From an uncultured bacterium (GTDB taxonomy: Bacteria > Fidelibacterota > Marinisomatia > Marinisomatales > UBA1611): DNA of 64,000 nt. The notes beneath the pieces were generated by a model, which searched no databases, had not been told where the DNA came from, and saw only the letters and a program-made list of their open reading frames with translations. Location of the stretch: contig CALSPG010000006.1 in assembly GCA_943788175.1 (NCBI GenBank), positions 96,001 through 160,000 on the forward strand, given 5' to 3'. How positions within the stretch are numbered: the stretch's first letter is position 1; each line of letters opens with the position of its first letter. Positions 22,801 through 31,806 of this stretch are shown in pieces. A program made the translations under genes and the position numbers.

Positions 22801-23372
22801 ATTCTTTCAAGATCAAATCTAGTAGCATCAAATTTTCTTAATGTTGATTTTCTTTGCTTTCTATATTTATTTATCCCTGATGCCTCTTCAAACATTCGCC
22901 TTCTATCATCACCATTTTCAGAGAGTATTTGTTCAATCATTTTTAATTCTATTACGCTATAAGCATCAGAACCCATACCGGTATCAATGAAAAGATCGTT
23001 AATATCTTTGAGTCTACATGGTGTTTTATTTATCGTGTATTCACTCTCTCCATTTCGATATACTCTTCTTCCAATTTCTATGTCATTATATTCGATTGGA
23101 AGTTTTCCTTTATTATTGTGCACTGTAAGCGTGACGTCACAGACGCTTAAAGGTTTCATGTTTTCTGCGCCATTGAAAATAACATCTTCCATTTTACCAC
23201 CACGTAAAACTGAAGATTTTTGCTCTCCTAAGACCCACCTTATTGCATCAACGATATTTGTTTTACCGCAACCATTAGGTCCAACGACCGTGGTCACGCC
23301 TTGACTTAGCTTTAAAACTTCTTTTTTTGCAAAAGACTTAAAGCCGTGCATTTTTAATTCTGAGATATACAC
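19851..23372 (-). CDS. smc: Chromosome segregation protein SMC
   Basis: GFKSF, GPNGCGKTN, long coiled coils with hinge, LSSGEK, LDEVDAPLD. Confidence 0.97.
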   Translation of the reverse strand: MYISELKMHGFKSFAKKEVLKLSQGVTTVVGPNGCGKTNIVDAIRWVLGEQKSSVLRGGKMEDVIFNGAENMKPLSVCDVTLTVHNNKGKLPIEYNDIEIGRRVYRNGESEYTINKTPCRLKDINDLFIDTGMGSDAYSVIELKMIEQILSENGDDRRRMFEEASGINKYRKQRKSTLRKFDATRFDLERINDVISEVEQKVHGLELQLKRFKRHENLSHQLREKDIELAFLKVDKYQNIMSPLEQEIKDYNHLKSSKTDKSSQYEEVLEKNRLIYKEQEDELNALQSKFLTLTENRQEVRQNILIWTEKGNSTSLSIERGKTDYKTNNQRLAILSKEDESFIEESEKLQNDLDLALSSYKNKKEELDKIEKKYHEELKYLDQVQNERWNHQKTIASNKSMYDRTKNLINDKTSNAAIISKKIFELKKESKQISSTIKSLEQKQLKIDNNYLEEKKELTEIQKKLQTLIDQQQEYIKNNNSLIVKIESLNDQARFYEELIESNEGFPEGTQYVLENPKVFPGVLGTVADMFQVEEEYRDALENGLGELSHCLITKNKKTGLSTLEKALENNAGDLTIIPLKEAIAYKVKLKSLPKSDNVIALASQLVKTDKKLSPLADYILGDLIVVSDLKHAANDKKLEGWRLVDLNGTYSGKNLVIKSRQVSEHGNLIGRRNKLEIISEQLAHSKSEEKKTITSQALIEKKIDSSRIELNKKQELIKNSESQLSQLDSSLMKNHLNQTQILESLGNLKNELAETEKVLNDSQLSLKKIEPGIQKAEKLVSSFQEKINKANQNVLDQGKSRDFQQQILQDARVEMVNIESKNDNIVYKSNSAKEQIKTIEKIQSEIIEEEKKMILLKKEYSQNIENGEKKLTETNAELQKQKSIIDLKQTVFRDTYDSIDKIQTKIKLEQKDRESILENLKLSEFKLNELKQKIEIVREQIKERYDTSIPKKLIVDHVEDELSYQVDKIQRSLDNIGPVNMAVQDEYNEDSERLSHLRRQRDDLVESEENLRETIQKIDRIARKKFQETFKLISKNYKKLFNLFFEGGYGALRLVGDPDPLEADIVIDAQPPGKRNTSLRLLSSGEKALTAISLLFSIYQVKPSPYCILDEVDAPLDDINIHKFTKVLKQFADETQFIVVTHNKLTMEIANHMYGVTQEKKGVSKLVSVSFD

Positions 23373-23451
23373 TATATACGATTATTAGATGGTCAATAAA
23401 TCTAGCAATTTTACTAGATATTTACACGAAGAGAATAAAATGAAATAAAAA

Positions 23452-24051
23452 TTACTTGTTCTGCAAAAACCGGTTAAATGATATATGAATTAATAAGCCA
23501 CTATAATCTTTCTTCTGGTCGGCTTCTTTTTTCAGTTTAATTATATCTGAACCTATATGCAACGCAACAGAACTTTGATTGTACCATCTGAATTCAACTC
23601 CTCCCCCGAAGAAAGCAATAGGAGACCACTGCGTTTCTGCTTTTCGCCATATTTTTTTGTAACTACCGTCACCTTCTATTCCATCGATGGAAAGGTTTAA
23701 CCCTCCTCTAATAGCAACAAAAGGAGAAAAGTTATTTGCAATTTCTCCTGCAAAAGGATGATAATTGAAGCCAACTAAAACCGGTATAAATAATAAATTT
23801 TGCCCGCTAATCGTTATATATTGATTTGTCCAATTATCATATACTATGCTTTCTGTTTCTCCTTTAATGTCGAAATATCTAACCTCACCAACAAAATCAA
23901 AATTTTTTTTATTATTCCCATGCAAATAATTAAAAAAAATTCCAGATCCTCTTGATCCGACATCTAATCCAGCACCAAATCTTGTATTTAACGAATTAGA
24001 AAAAACTATGTTAATTAATAGGATAAATATTATGAAAAACTTTACCATCAT
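23452..24051 (-). CDS. Hypothetical exported protein, probable small outer-membrane beta-barrel
   Basis: Signal peptide; alternating amphipathic strands (SPFVAIRGGL, GGGVEFRW). Confidence 0.6.
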   Translation of the reverse strand: MMVKFFIIFILLINIVFSNSLNTRFGAGLDVGSRGSGIFFNYLHGNNKKNFDFVGEVRYFDIKGETESIVYDNWTNQYITISGQNLLFIPVLVGFNYHPFAGEIANNFSPFVAIRGGLNLSIDGIEGDGSYKKIWRKAETQWSPIAFFGGGVEFRWYNQSSVALHIGSDIIKLKKEADQKKDYSGLLIHISFNRFLQNK

Positions 24052-24381
24052 TTACCTAGTGTTAAGCTGGTCTTTTGTGGCTATCAATTCTGAGACAGGT
24101 TCGTTATTGATGATTGACTTTTTAAAAATCTTTTTAATATCCTTTTTTTTTACATCTAAGTACCAAAAGCCATTAGGGTATATTACCATTGCTGGGCCTT
24201 TTTCACAGACATCTAAACACCCAGATTTATTAGCTCTTACTTTTCCTTTTAGATTCGATTCATTAATCATTCTAACTAGATCTTTTCGCAAATCTAGACC
24301 ACCACAGGAACCACAACTTTTTCTTAAACTATTTTCATCGCGTTCATTTGTACAAATGAAGATATGTTTTTCAAATTTCAT
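24052..24381 (-). CDS. Thioredoxin-like [2Fe-2S] ferredoxin
   Basis: HIFICTNER...SC...SGCLDVCEKGPAMVIYPNGFWY. Confidence 0.9.
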   Translation of the reverse strand: MKFEKHIFICTNERDENSLRKSCGSCGGLDLRKDLVRMINESNLKGKVRANKSGCLDVCEKGPAMVIYPNGFWYLDVKKKDIKKIFKKSIINNEPVSELIATKDQLNTR

Positions 24382-24548
24382 ATATCTTCATATTCAGCAT
24401 CTTGGATATCCATTTTGCTAACCTTCCGTTTAAAATCTGCTTTAGTTGCTTCGTCTTTTATTTTTGATTTTACTTTAAACAAGGATAAAACAAAAAAACT
24501 AATTTTATATACCGAGTATCCAAGAAATATTAATAAGATTAGTTTCAT
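24378..24548 (-). CDS. Small single-pass membrane protein (56 aa), not in the ORF track
   Basis: MKLILLIFLGYSVYKISFFVLSLFKVKSKIKDEATKADFKRKVSKMDIQDAEYEDI*; fills the gap between dNK and ferredoxin, and its stop overlaps the next ATG (ATGA). Confidence 0.75.
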   Translation of the reverse strand: MKLILLIFLGYSVYKISFFVLSLFKVKSKIKDEATKADFKRKVSKMDIQDAEYEDI

Positions 24549-24552
24549 TCAT

Positions 24553-25194
24553 TTAAAATTCTGTTACTGGATTGAAAAATTTAGTTCCTGATACTGGCTG
24601 TCTTATATAATCAATAACTTCTTTTAAATCATTTTCATTTTCTACAAAATCTATATTATTCGTATTTATAATGACAAGAGGCGTGTCCTGATAACGAAAA
24701 AAATATTCTGTATACACCTGATTTAAAGCATCTATATATTCCCAGGTAACGTTTTTTTCCATATTTCGACCACGCTTTTCAATATTCTTCATTAAAACAT
24801 CCGTATCTGCTTGAAGATAAATAACAATATCAGGTTTAATAATATTTCTTTCAAGAAGACTAGCAACTGTGTCATATAGCTGCATTTCTTTATCTCCTAA
24901 GTTTAAAGAAGCGAATAAACGATCTTTAACAAACATATAATCTGTAATTAATAATTTTTGAAACATATCGACTTGTCTTAAATCTTGTTGTTGACGATAC
25001 CTTTGTAAAAGAAAGAACAACTGAGTTTGGAAACCAAACCTTTCAGGATCGTTATAAAAATCTGGAAGAAAAGGATTGTCTTCGAAATCTTCAAGAACAA
25101 GTCTCGCTCCTAACTCTTTAGATAATAGCTGGGCCAAGCTTGTTTTACCAACCCCAATCGGGCCTTCAATTGCTATATAATATAAATTTCTCAT
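24553..25194 (-). CDS. Deoxynucleoside kinase (dNK/Dck/Dgk family)
   Basis: IAIEGPIGVGKTSLA, NPFLPDFY, QLFFLLQR, KRGR lid. Confidence 0.93.
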   Translation of the reverse strand: MRNLYYIAIEGPIGVGKTSLAQLLSKELGARLVLEDFEDNPFLPDFYNDPERFGFQTQLFFLLQRYRQQQDLRQVDMFQKLLITDYMFVKDRLFASLNLGDKEMQLYDTVASLLERNIIKPDIVIYLQADTDVLMKNIEKRGRNMEKNVTWEYIDALNQVYTEYFFRYQDTPLVIINTNNIDFVENENDLKEVIDYIRQPVSGTKFFNPVTEF

Positions 25195-25703
25195 GCTTTA
25201 TTTCCCAATTCATACATTTTAACGAGAGACGTATCCGCGCATCTTATAAGAAGCTCATTAACTGTCAAATTAACATATGGTATTTTAAAATCAGGAGCAA
25301 TCTCATCAAATGGAATTAATACAAATTTTCTATTAATTAGACCTGGATGTGGTATAGCTAATTCCTTTGTTTCTATAACCGATGAACCATGAACTAATAT
25401 ATCTATATCAATTGTTCTGGGCATGTTACGTTTCAACGTTTTTCGCCTACCTAGCATATTTTCAATACTTTTAATGAAATCTAATAATTGAAACGGATTT
25501 AGATCTGAATCCAGTCCTACCACCGTATTAATAAAATATTCTTGATTTAGATTATATAACGGTTCTGTTAAATAAAAAGAGGCGCTAGTTAAATTATAAT
25601 TCTCTCTTGGTACCTCAATAGCTGAAATTGCTTGAGCAATATTAGATTCCCTATCTCCAATATTTGAACCAATAGATAAATATACTTTATTTCCAACTTT
25701 CAT
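25191..25703 (-). CDS. folK: 2-amino-4-hydroxy-6-hydroxymethyldihydropteridine diphosphokinase
   Basis: YLSIGSNIGDR, PRTIDIDIL, IPHP, RKFVLIP. Confidence 0.95.
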   Translation of the reverse strand: MKVGNKVYLSIGSNIGDRESNIAQAISAIEVPRENYNLTSASFYLTEPLYNLNQEYFINTVVGLDSDLNPFQLLDFIKSIENMLGRRKTLKRNMPRTIDIDILVHGSSVIETKELAIPHPGLINRKFVLIPFDEIAPDFKIPYVNLTVNELLIRCADTSLVKMYELGNKA

Positions 25704-26056
25704 TTAAATCTCTGTAGTTCCACCTCAACATTTTTAAAATCAGCTTCTATAGGAGCATGAGGTTTCCTTACCCGTATGACAATTTTATCTAAATCAAACT
25801 CTGCCAACAACCTATCGCAGACAGAATTAGCGACAGCTTCTACTAATGAAAAACGTTTTTTAGTAAACTCCTCAATTGTGCAAGAAATTATTTCTTGATA
25901 ATCAATAGTATCACTCAGCGCATCTGTGTGTCCAGGTTTTTCTAAGTTACAGTGCAAAACTAAATCTATTTCAAAAGTACCATCCTTAGATTTCTCAAAA
26001 GCATAAACTCCATGTCTAGCTATTATTTTTAAGTTATTAATTCTTATTGTATCCAT
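25700..26056 (-). CDS. folB: Dihydroneopterin aldolase
   Basis: HGVYAFEK, DALSDTIDY, LVEAVA, RKPHAP; adjacent to folK. Confidence 0.93.
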   Translation of the reverse strand: MDTIRINNLKIIARHGVYAFEKSKDGTFEIDLVLHCNLEKPGHTDALSDTIDYQEIISCTIEEFTKKRFSLVEAVANSVCDRLLAEFDLDKIVIRVRKPHAPIEADFKNVEVELQRFK

Positions 26057-26062
26057 TACACT

Positions 26063-28015
26063 CTATTTTAGATAAATAACCTTTTGGGTGTTAACATAAT
26101 TATCCGATGATAATTGAATAAAATAAACACCTGCAGGTTTTCCTTTTGCATTCCAAGATTCGTTATGAAAACCTGATTGAAACATCTTCTTCGTTAGCGA
26201 TTCTACTAGGCCACCATTAATATTAAAGACATCGATACTAACATTATGATTACCAAGCCTTGGATGAACATAAAAACTCAGTTTTAAATTTGAATTAAAT
26301 GGATTTGGGTATGCAAGTTGAACATCTATATTTTTAGGCATAAGATGATCAATCCCATTCGTAGTATAAGACACTTCTTTTAATATCCAGTTGTTTGGGT
26401 CTAAAGTCACGTTTTCCACAAAAAAATTGAGTCCAGATATTTCATACAAATGGTTCAAGCTATTATTTTCAACAACTATTGTTGTATCAATTAATAATGG
26501 TCCAATACTTCCAGAAAAATTAAGGTCTATTGGCATGGAAAAAAGCCCGCTAGATTGAATTTGGTCAATTTTTACTTTATAAGTTTCATTGCCATCATGC
26601 CACCAAGACATTTCATACTTAGGATAACCTTCTTCATATATCCATTGTTGAAAAAACAATTCTAAATTTTGACCTGAAATATCTTCACTGATTTTTTGAA
26701 AATCAGCCGTTGAAGCTGCATTATAGGCGAGTGTATCATTAGACGCATAACTTTTTAAAATTTCAAAAAATGTATCATCCCCCACTTTGTGCCTCAACAT
26801 ATGTAGTACCCATGATGCTTTATTATAAGATAAATTAGAATTAAAAATCTGAGAATTTGAAGATGGGTTTTCAACATATATTGTCCCATCTCCATAATAG
26901 GCATAGTCATTCATAAAACTAGCATATGCTTCTTCACCATTTATGTGTTCGAACCACAGTGCTTGACAATATCTTGCAAAGCCTTCATTAAGCCAAATAT
27001 CATTAAACGTTTTGCAGGTAATGAGATTTCCCCACCAACTGTGACCTAACTCATGAACAATAAGATTTTGAGATGAAGAACCCATACTTGAAAGAGTTTG
27101 ATGCTCCATTCCCCCACCCCATTTAAAATCTGCATGCCCATATTTTTCTGATATAAAGGGATATTCACCAAACAAGTCAGAGAAAAACCTAATCATTTCG
27201 CCTGTTAATGAATAATTGGAAAATGAAGACTCGTACCGGTCAGGAAAAACATAATGTTCTATTGCCATTGTATCATTAGAAATAGAAGAAATATATTGTT
27301 CACTCCAAATTGTGTATGGATATATTGCCAATGAGACAAGGTACGTAGTAATGGGATATTTCTCTTTCCAAAAAAATGTATTTTTATCCCCATCACTTAT
27401 AATATTATCAAGCAAGCCATTTGAAGCAACAATAAAATTTGGATTTGCAGGAACTGTAACTCTAATATATACAGAATCTGCTTTATCACTAGGGTCATCC
27501 TTACTAGGCCACCAGCTTCTTGCACAATAAGCCTCTGACAATGTCCAAACGTGATCGACGCCTAAGTGTTCATCAAATTTAAAACCACCGGCCCCGCAGT
27601 CTTGAGGGGAGCCTTGATATTTGATAAGTATTGAAAAATAATTATCATCTTGAATAATGATATTATTAATCGGGATTTTTATCTTATTCTGCTCATGCAA
27701 AAAAGACACTTGCCCATTATTTTGCAAAATCGAATTAACTGTCATATTGTTGTAAAAATCTAATTCAATATATTCAGGAAGGTTATTATCTACAAAACCA
27801 TTTACACCTACGGAACCATTAATAGTGTTTGATTCAAAATTTATGTCTATTGAAATATCGTAAAATGAAATATTAATTTTACTTTGGTCCAGTGATAATG
27901 TTGAGCTGTTAGATATCCACCTCTCTACTGACTTTCCACGAGAACATAAATGTTTTGGCTCTTTTTCAGCACCACCTAGAGATAACAAAACAAGAAGAAA
28001 AATTGTTGGTTTCAT
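26063..28015 (-). CDS. Secreted M1 family aminopeptidase with Por/FlgD-type C-terminal sorting domain
   Basis: Signal peptide; GGMEH, HELGH-x18-E (WLNEGFA), YNKA; C-terminal YPNPFN...GVYFIQL...KVIYLK. Confidence 0.9.
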   Translation of the reverse strand: MKPTIFLLVLLSLGGAEKEPKHLCSRGKSVERWISNSSTLSLDQSKINISFYDISIDINFESNTINGSVGVNGFVDNNLPEYIELDFYNNMTVNSILQNNGQVSFLHEQNKIKIPINNIIIQDDNYFSILIKYQGSPQDCGAGGFKFDEHLGVDHVWTLSEAYCARSWWPSKDDPSDKADSVYIRVTVPANPNFIVASNGLLDNIISDGDKNTFFWKEKYPITTYLVSLAIYPYTIWSEQYISSISNDTMAIEHYVFPDRYESSFSNYSLTGEMIRFFSDLFGEYPFISEKYGHADFKWGGGMEHQTLSSMGSSSQNLIVHELGHSWWGNLITCKTFNDIWLNEGFARYCQALWFEHINGEEAYASFMNDYAYYGDGTIYVENPSSNSQIFNSNLSYNKASWVLHMLRHKVGDDTFFEILKSYASNDTLAYNAASTADFQKISEDISGQNLELFFQQWIYEEGYPKYEMSWWHDGNETYKVKIDQIQSSGLFSMPIDLNFSGSIGPLLIDTTIVVENNSLNHLYEISGLNFFVENVTLDPNNWILKEVSYTTNGIDHLMPKNIDVQLAYPNPFNSNLKLSFYVHPRLGNHNVSIDVFNINGGLVESLTKKMFQSGFHNESWNAKGKPAGVYFIQLSSDNYVNTQKVIYLK

Positions 28016-28018
28016 TTC

Positions 28019-28210
28019 TTAAAAGAAGGAACTGAAATGCTTGTAACCTAGCCAAGGAATTATAAGGTATAAGATAGAATCTCTAACAAGGTAAAATAAA
28101 AAAAAAGCTGCTAAGACACTCCACCCTTTTTCTTTCAATAATCCTTTTATACCGCCTTTTTTAAAAGATTCAATCCAAGATTGCAGGAACTTAGGCTTCA
28201 AGAATGACAC
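28019..28210 (-). CDS. Small hypothetical membrane protein (63 aa)
   Basis: GTG start overlapping the upstream TAG; hydrophobic FFLFYLVRDSILYLIIPW; fills the operon gap. Confidence 0.65.
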   Translation of the reverse strand: MSFLKPKFLQSWIESFKKGGIKGLLKEKGWSVLAAFFLFYLVRDSILYLIIPWLGYKHFSSFF

Positions 28211-28659
28211 TAGTCATCCTTAGGCTTAATTTTTCTAAATTGAAGATCTTCATATTTTTCTAACAATGTACTGCCAGCTGCTTGTTGGAATCTAAATGCA
28301 AATTCTAATGATTCGTAAAAAGGTCTATTAGCATATTCTCCATGTGAATAAAACTCATCTACCCACTTTACCATTTGATATATATCAACCTGATTTAAAT
28401 AATCGAAAATTCCATAAACTAATTCAGCTCTATTATCATAATACCATTCGGTAATTCCACCATATCCAATGTCCTTTTTTAATTCAGTATGTGTCTCATA
28501 TACTTGTACCAGATATGAAAATAAGAAAGTTTCTTTTTCTTCAATTGATAATGTTTTCCAGTATGTAACTACAGGCGAGAGAGCCACGTCATTTTTAAGA
28601 CTTTGCCCAATACCTAGAGAAAAAATGCAAAGTATTAGAAAATATTTTTTCATGACCAC
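28210..28659 (-). CDS. Hypothetical exported protein
   Basis: Signal peptide MKKYFLILCIFSLGIG; GAGGTGG RBS precedes the internal ATG at 28653, the likely true start. Confidence 0.7.
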   Translation of the reverse strand: MVMKKYFLILCIFSLGIGQSLKNDVALSPVVTYWKTLSIEEKETFLFSYLVQVYETHTELKKDIGYGGITEWYYDNRAELVYGIFDYLNQVDIYQMVKWVDEFYSHGEYANRPFYESLEFAFRFQQAAGSTLLEKYEDLQFRKIKPKDD

Positions 28660-28725
28660 CTCTTATAATTAAAACGTATTTATTCTATACCCAATTATAC
28701 AATATAGATAAAATCAGGAACAATA

Positions 28726-30654
28726 CTAATCCTCAGATGGCTCAACCCAATCACCATTATCTTTTATTAGACTAATTAATGCATCAACTGCTTTTTCTGA
28801 GGGAATATTTTTTCTTACAACGCTTTGTCCTTTATAAAGCGAAATATTTCCTACACCTGTTCCAACATAGCCATAATCAGCATCCGCCATTTCACCAGGG
28901 CCATTTACGATACAACCCATTATTCCTATCTTTACACCTTTTAGATGATCAGTTACTGAACGAATTGCATTTGTTGTAGATTGTAAATCAAATAAAGTAC
29001 GTCCACAAGAAGGACAAGAAATATATTCTGTTTTGGATATTCTTAACCTTGAAGCTTGTAAAATGCCAAAAGAGGTCTGGTTTGATAAACTTCTATCAGA
29101 CAGATAATTAATATTCATACCATCAACTAATCCATCTATCATCAATGAACCTATATCTATTGCACTACTTAATTGGAATTCTGAATTTGATTTGGAGGCA
29201 TAATTTTTCCAAACAATTACGGGACTGGCAATACTTTGATTAATCATATCTATAATAAAATTGCGTTGTGACTTTAAACTATGCTTTTGATTGTGGCCAA
29301 TTACAAGCGCAATAGTACTGTCACTTGCCAGTAATGATTTCAGCTCACTAGAAAACGTTTTTTCTTTAATGCTTAAAAAATTTAATATTTTAGACTTTTT
29401 TGTTGCGTTTTTATAGTTTTCAATATCATAGAAAGGAAACACCCCCGTACTTTCATCCCATACGGAGTGATGTTGAATACCTGATAAAAGCCCAGGTAAC
29501 TCAAAATTGATTTTATTTTTCCCAATAAAAAAATAATCAGCTGCTTGGTCTGATATATGCCATTTATCTTTATCTGGAGAATATAGATACCCTAAAGGAG
29601 CTAAAGATTCTGGCGTAATTTCATCAAACCCAGATAAGTCACAAAATACTCTAGGAACATTATCACCGCCAATGTGGTGAACCTGTGATGTTATCCTCCT
29701 TGAATGAAAATAAGGGTTATATGGAATTTCAGTTTTTAGGTTTGGAGGTATTGAGCTTTCTAAATCGTCATATCTTTGAGCTAAAAATTTAGCAACCGGT
29801 ATTTCAGCCTCAGGATCTTCAGTAAGTGAAACTCTAATGGTATCTCCAATACCATCTTCTAATAATGCCCCTATTCCAACTGCTGATTTAATTCGACCAT
29901 CTTCTCCATCGCCAGCCTCAGTTACGCCTAAATGTAACGGGTAACACATATTCTCTTTCGCCATTTTATTAATCAGCAACCGATAGGCCTGGACCATGAC
30001 TTGAGTATTACTAGCTTTCATACTTAGTATAATATCATTATAGTTCCAATACTCACATATTCGTAAAAACTCCATCGCTGATTCAACCATTCCTAATGGC
30101 GTATCACCATATTTGCTTAATATTCTATCTGAAAGAGAGCCATGATTAGTACCTATGCGCATTGCTGTACCATTATTTTTACATATCTTAACTAAAGGTG
30201 AAAATCTTTCAGATATTCTAATTAATTCATCTTCATAACTTTGATTTGAATATTCAATTACTTCAAACTTTTTTCTATCGGCAAAATTTCCAGGGTTTAT
30301 TCGAACTTTTTCTACAATTCCAGCAGCAACTTCAGCCGCATTTGGCGTAAAATGTATATCAGCAATTAATGGAACTCTAAAGCCTTTGGCCTTTAATGAT
30401 TTTTTAATTAATTCCAAGTTTTTTGCTTCTTTAATACTCGGCGCTGTAATTCGAACTAACTCACATCCTGCCTTAATCATTCGAATGGATTGTTCAACAG
30501 TTCCTTCAGTATCCATCGTATCAGTGGTGGTCATGGACTGAACTCTAATAGGATTATTTGCACCAATAGATACGTCTCCAACCATCACCTCTCTTGTTGG
30601 AAACCGACTGTATCCTTTAAAATCCATGCAATATTCTTGTAAATCTAATTTCAT
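28726..30654 (-). CDS. ispG: (E)-4-hydroxy-3-methylbut-2-enyl-diphosphate synthase, long (three-domain) form
   Basis: PIRVQSMTTT, PLIADIHF, RINPGN, HLGVTEAG, GDTIRVSL, SCPSCGRT, MGCIVNGPGE. Confidence 0.97.
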   Translation of the reverse strand: MKLDLQEYCMDFKGYSRFPTREVMVGDVSIGANNPIRVQSMTTTDTMDTEGTVEQSIRMIKAGCELVRITAPSIKEAKNLELIKKSLKAKGFRVPLIADIHFTPNAAEVAAGIVEKVRINPGNFADRKKFEVIEYSNQSYEDELIRISERFSPLVKICKNNGTAMRIGTNHGSLSDRILSKYGDTPLGMVESAMEFLRICEYWNYNDIILSMKASNTQVMVQAYRLLINKMAKENMCYPLHLGVTEAGDGEDGRIKSAVGIGALLEDGIGDTIRVSLTEDPEAEIPVAKFLAQRYDDLESSIPPNLKTEIPYNPYFHSRRITSQVHHIGGDNVPRVFCDLSGFDEITPESLAPLGYLYSPDKDKWHISDQAADYFFIGKNKINFELPGLLSGIQHHSVWDESTGVFPFYDIENYKNATKKSKILNFLSIKEKTFSSELKSLLASDSTIALVIGHNQKHSLKSQRNFIIDMINQSIASPVIVWKNYASKSNSEFQLSSAIDIGSLMIDGLVDGMNINYLSDRSLSNQTSFGILQASRLRISKTEYISCPSCGRTLFDLQSTTNAIRSVTDHLKGVKIGIMGCIVNGPGEMADADYGYVGTGVGNISLYKGQSVVRKNIPSEKAVDALISLIKDNGDWVEPSED

Positions 30655-31775
30655 TTAATAATGTTGCTATATGGTTTTTCTAAATATTCTTTTGCTTGTC
30701 TAGATGAATGAGAAAGGTTATCAAGTTTTGTACATAATTTATAATATTTAACTGACTTACTCCTCTGACCTTGTGAATCATACAACTTACCTTTGAGCAA
30801 ATATAGATTTCCTAAAACGATATCAAGCTCTCCTGAATAATCTTTTATTGCTAAGTCTGCTAAAACCATTGCTTTATCGTAATCATTTTCAAGAAATGAA
30901 ATCAACGCTTTTTGATAATCAAAATATGGCTTATACCATTCTTTTTGTCGATCAGACAAAAATGTGTATCTAGTATCTAAATTCTTAATCAAATTATTTG
31001 CATTATTAAAACTATTGGTCCTTGTTAAAGATTCTAGATATAGTATACTGAAATAAAAATTATTTGGAAATTCTTCTGATAGTTTTTTAGTAATTGGGAC
31101 TGCGTCTTCAGGCTTATTTTCAATCCAAAGATAGATAAAAGATAAGATACCAGAAGCTTCTATCCATGCCCAATCACTATTGATTGCTGCATCTTCGATT
31201 TTATAAATACCTTCTTTTTTTGAAGTGTCAAGACCGTATAGTTTTACCAACCATCGTAAAAAAACATTACTGACACTTGCATAATAGCCAATGATTCCGA
31301 TTGGCAATTGGGCATCTATTAAGTCTGGTCTATTTTTCGAAACATCCTCAATAATTAAAAAACCTTGATAAGCTTGGTTAAGCACAGATAGCCAGTCTTT
31401 TTTTCCAAGACTTACTCTCGCTCTCATCCCAAGCGTTGAACCCAAATAGAGTTTATACTCCGCATTTTGTGGGTTTTCGCTTACTAATTTTTGATAAATG
31501 GGTTGAATTTCATCTAATGCAGATTCCAAAGTATCATAAGTAGCATCAATGGGGTCTACACCTTGACTAATGTAATACTTTGAAGAAGCCCATATAAAAT
31601 GAACGCCAGGGTGATTTGGATAATCAATTCTAGCTTTCCCCAAGATTTTTATAGAACTTTCAAAATCATAATTATAAAAAGCTGTGACTCCATTCATTAT
31701 TGTAGAATCGGCTTTAGTATTTAAAGCAAAGTTAAAGCTAGAAGCGAAAATAAAAGTTATTAATAGTTTTACCAT
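30651..31775 (-). CDS. Exported TPR-like helical repeat protein
   Basis: Signal peptide; helical repeats such as LYLLKGKLYDSQGQRSKSVKYY. Confidence 0.7.
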   Translation of the reverse strand: MVKLLITFIFASSFNFALNTKADSTIMNGVTAFYNYDFESSIKILGKARIDYPNHPGVHFIWASSKYYISQGVDPIDATYDTLESALDEIQPIYQKLVSENPQNAEYKLYLGSTLGMRARVSLGKKDWLSVLNQAYQGFLIIEDVSKNRPDLIDAQLPIGIIGYYASVSNVFLRWLVKLYGLDTSKKEGIYKIEDAAINSDWAWIEASGILSFIYLWIENKPEDAVPITKKLSEEFPNNFYFSILYLESLTRTNSFNNANNLIKNLDTRYTFLSDRQKEWYKPYFDYQKALISFLENDYDKAMVLADLAIKDYSGELDIVLGNLYLLKGKLYDSQGQRSKSVKYYKLCTKLDNLSHSSRQAKEYLEKPYSNIIK

Positions 31776-31806
31776 TTCTGAAAAGAATGGTTAATATCAT
31801 TTTAGA

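Noticed and set aside
24008-24591. Plus-strand ORFs of 137 and 75 aa
   Set aside because: Antisense to the ferredoxin and to the 56-aa minus-strand gene, which fits the operon much better
28726-30654. Unusually long IspG (642 aa)
   Set aside because: The three-domain form with an inserted domain is already known from plants, Chlamydiae and Bacteroidetes
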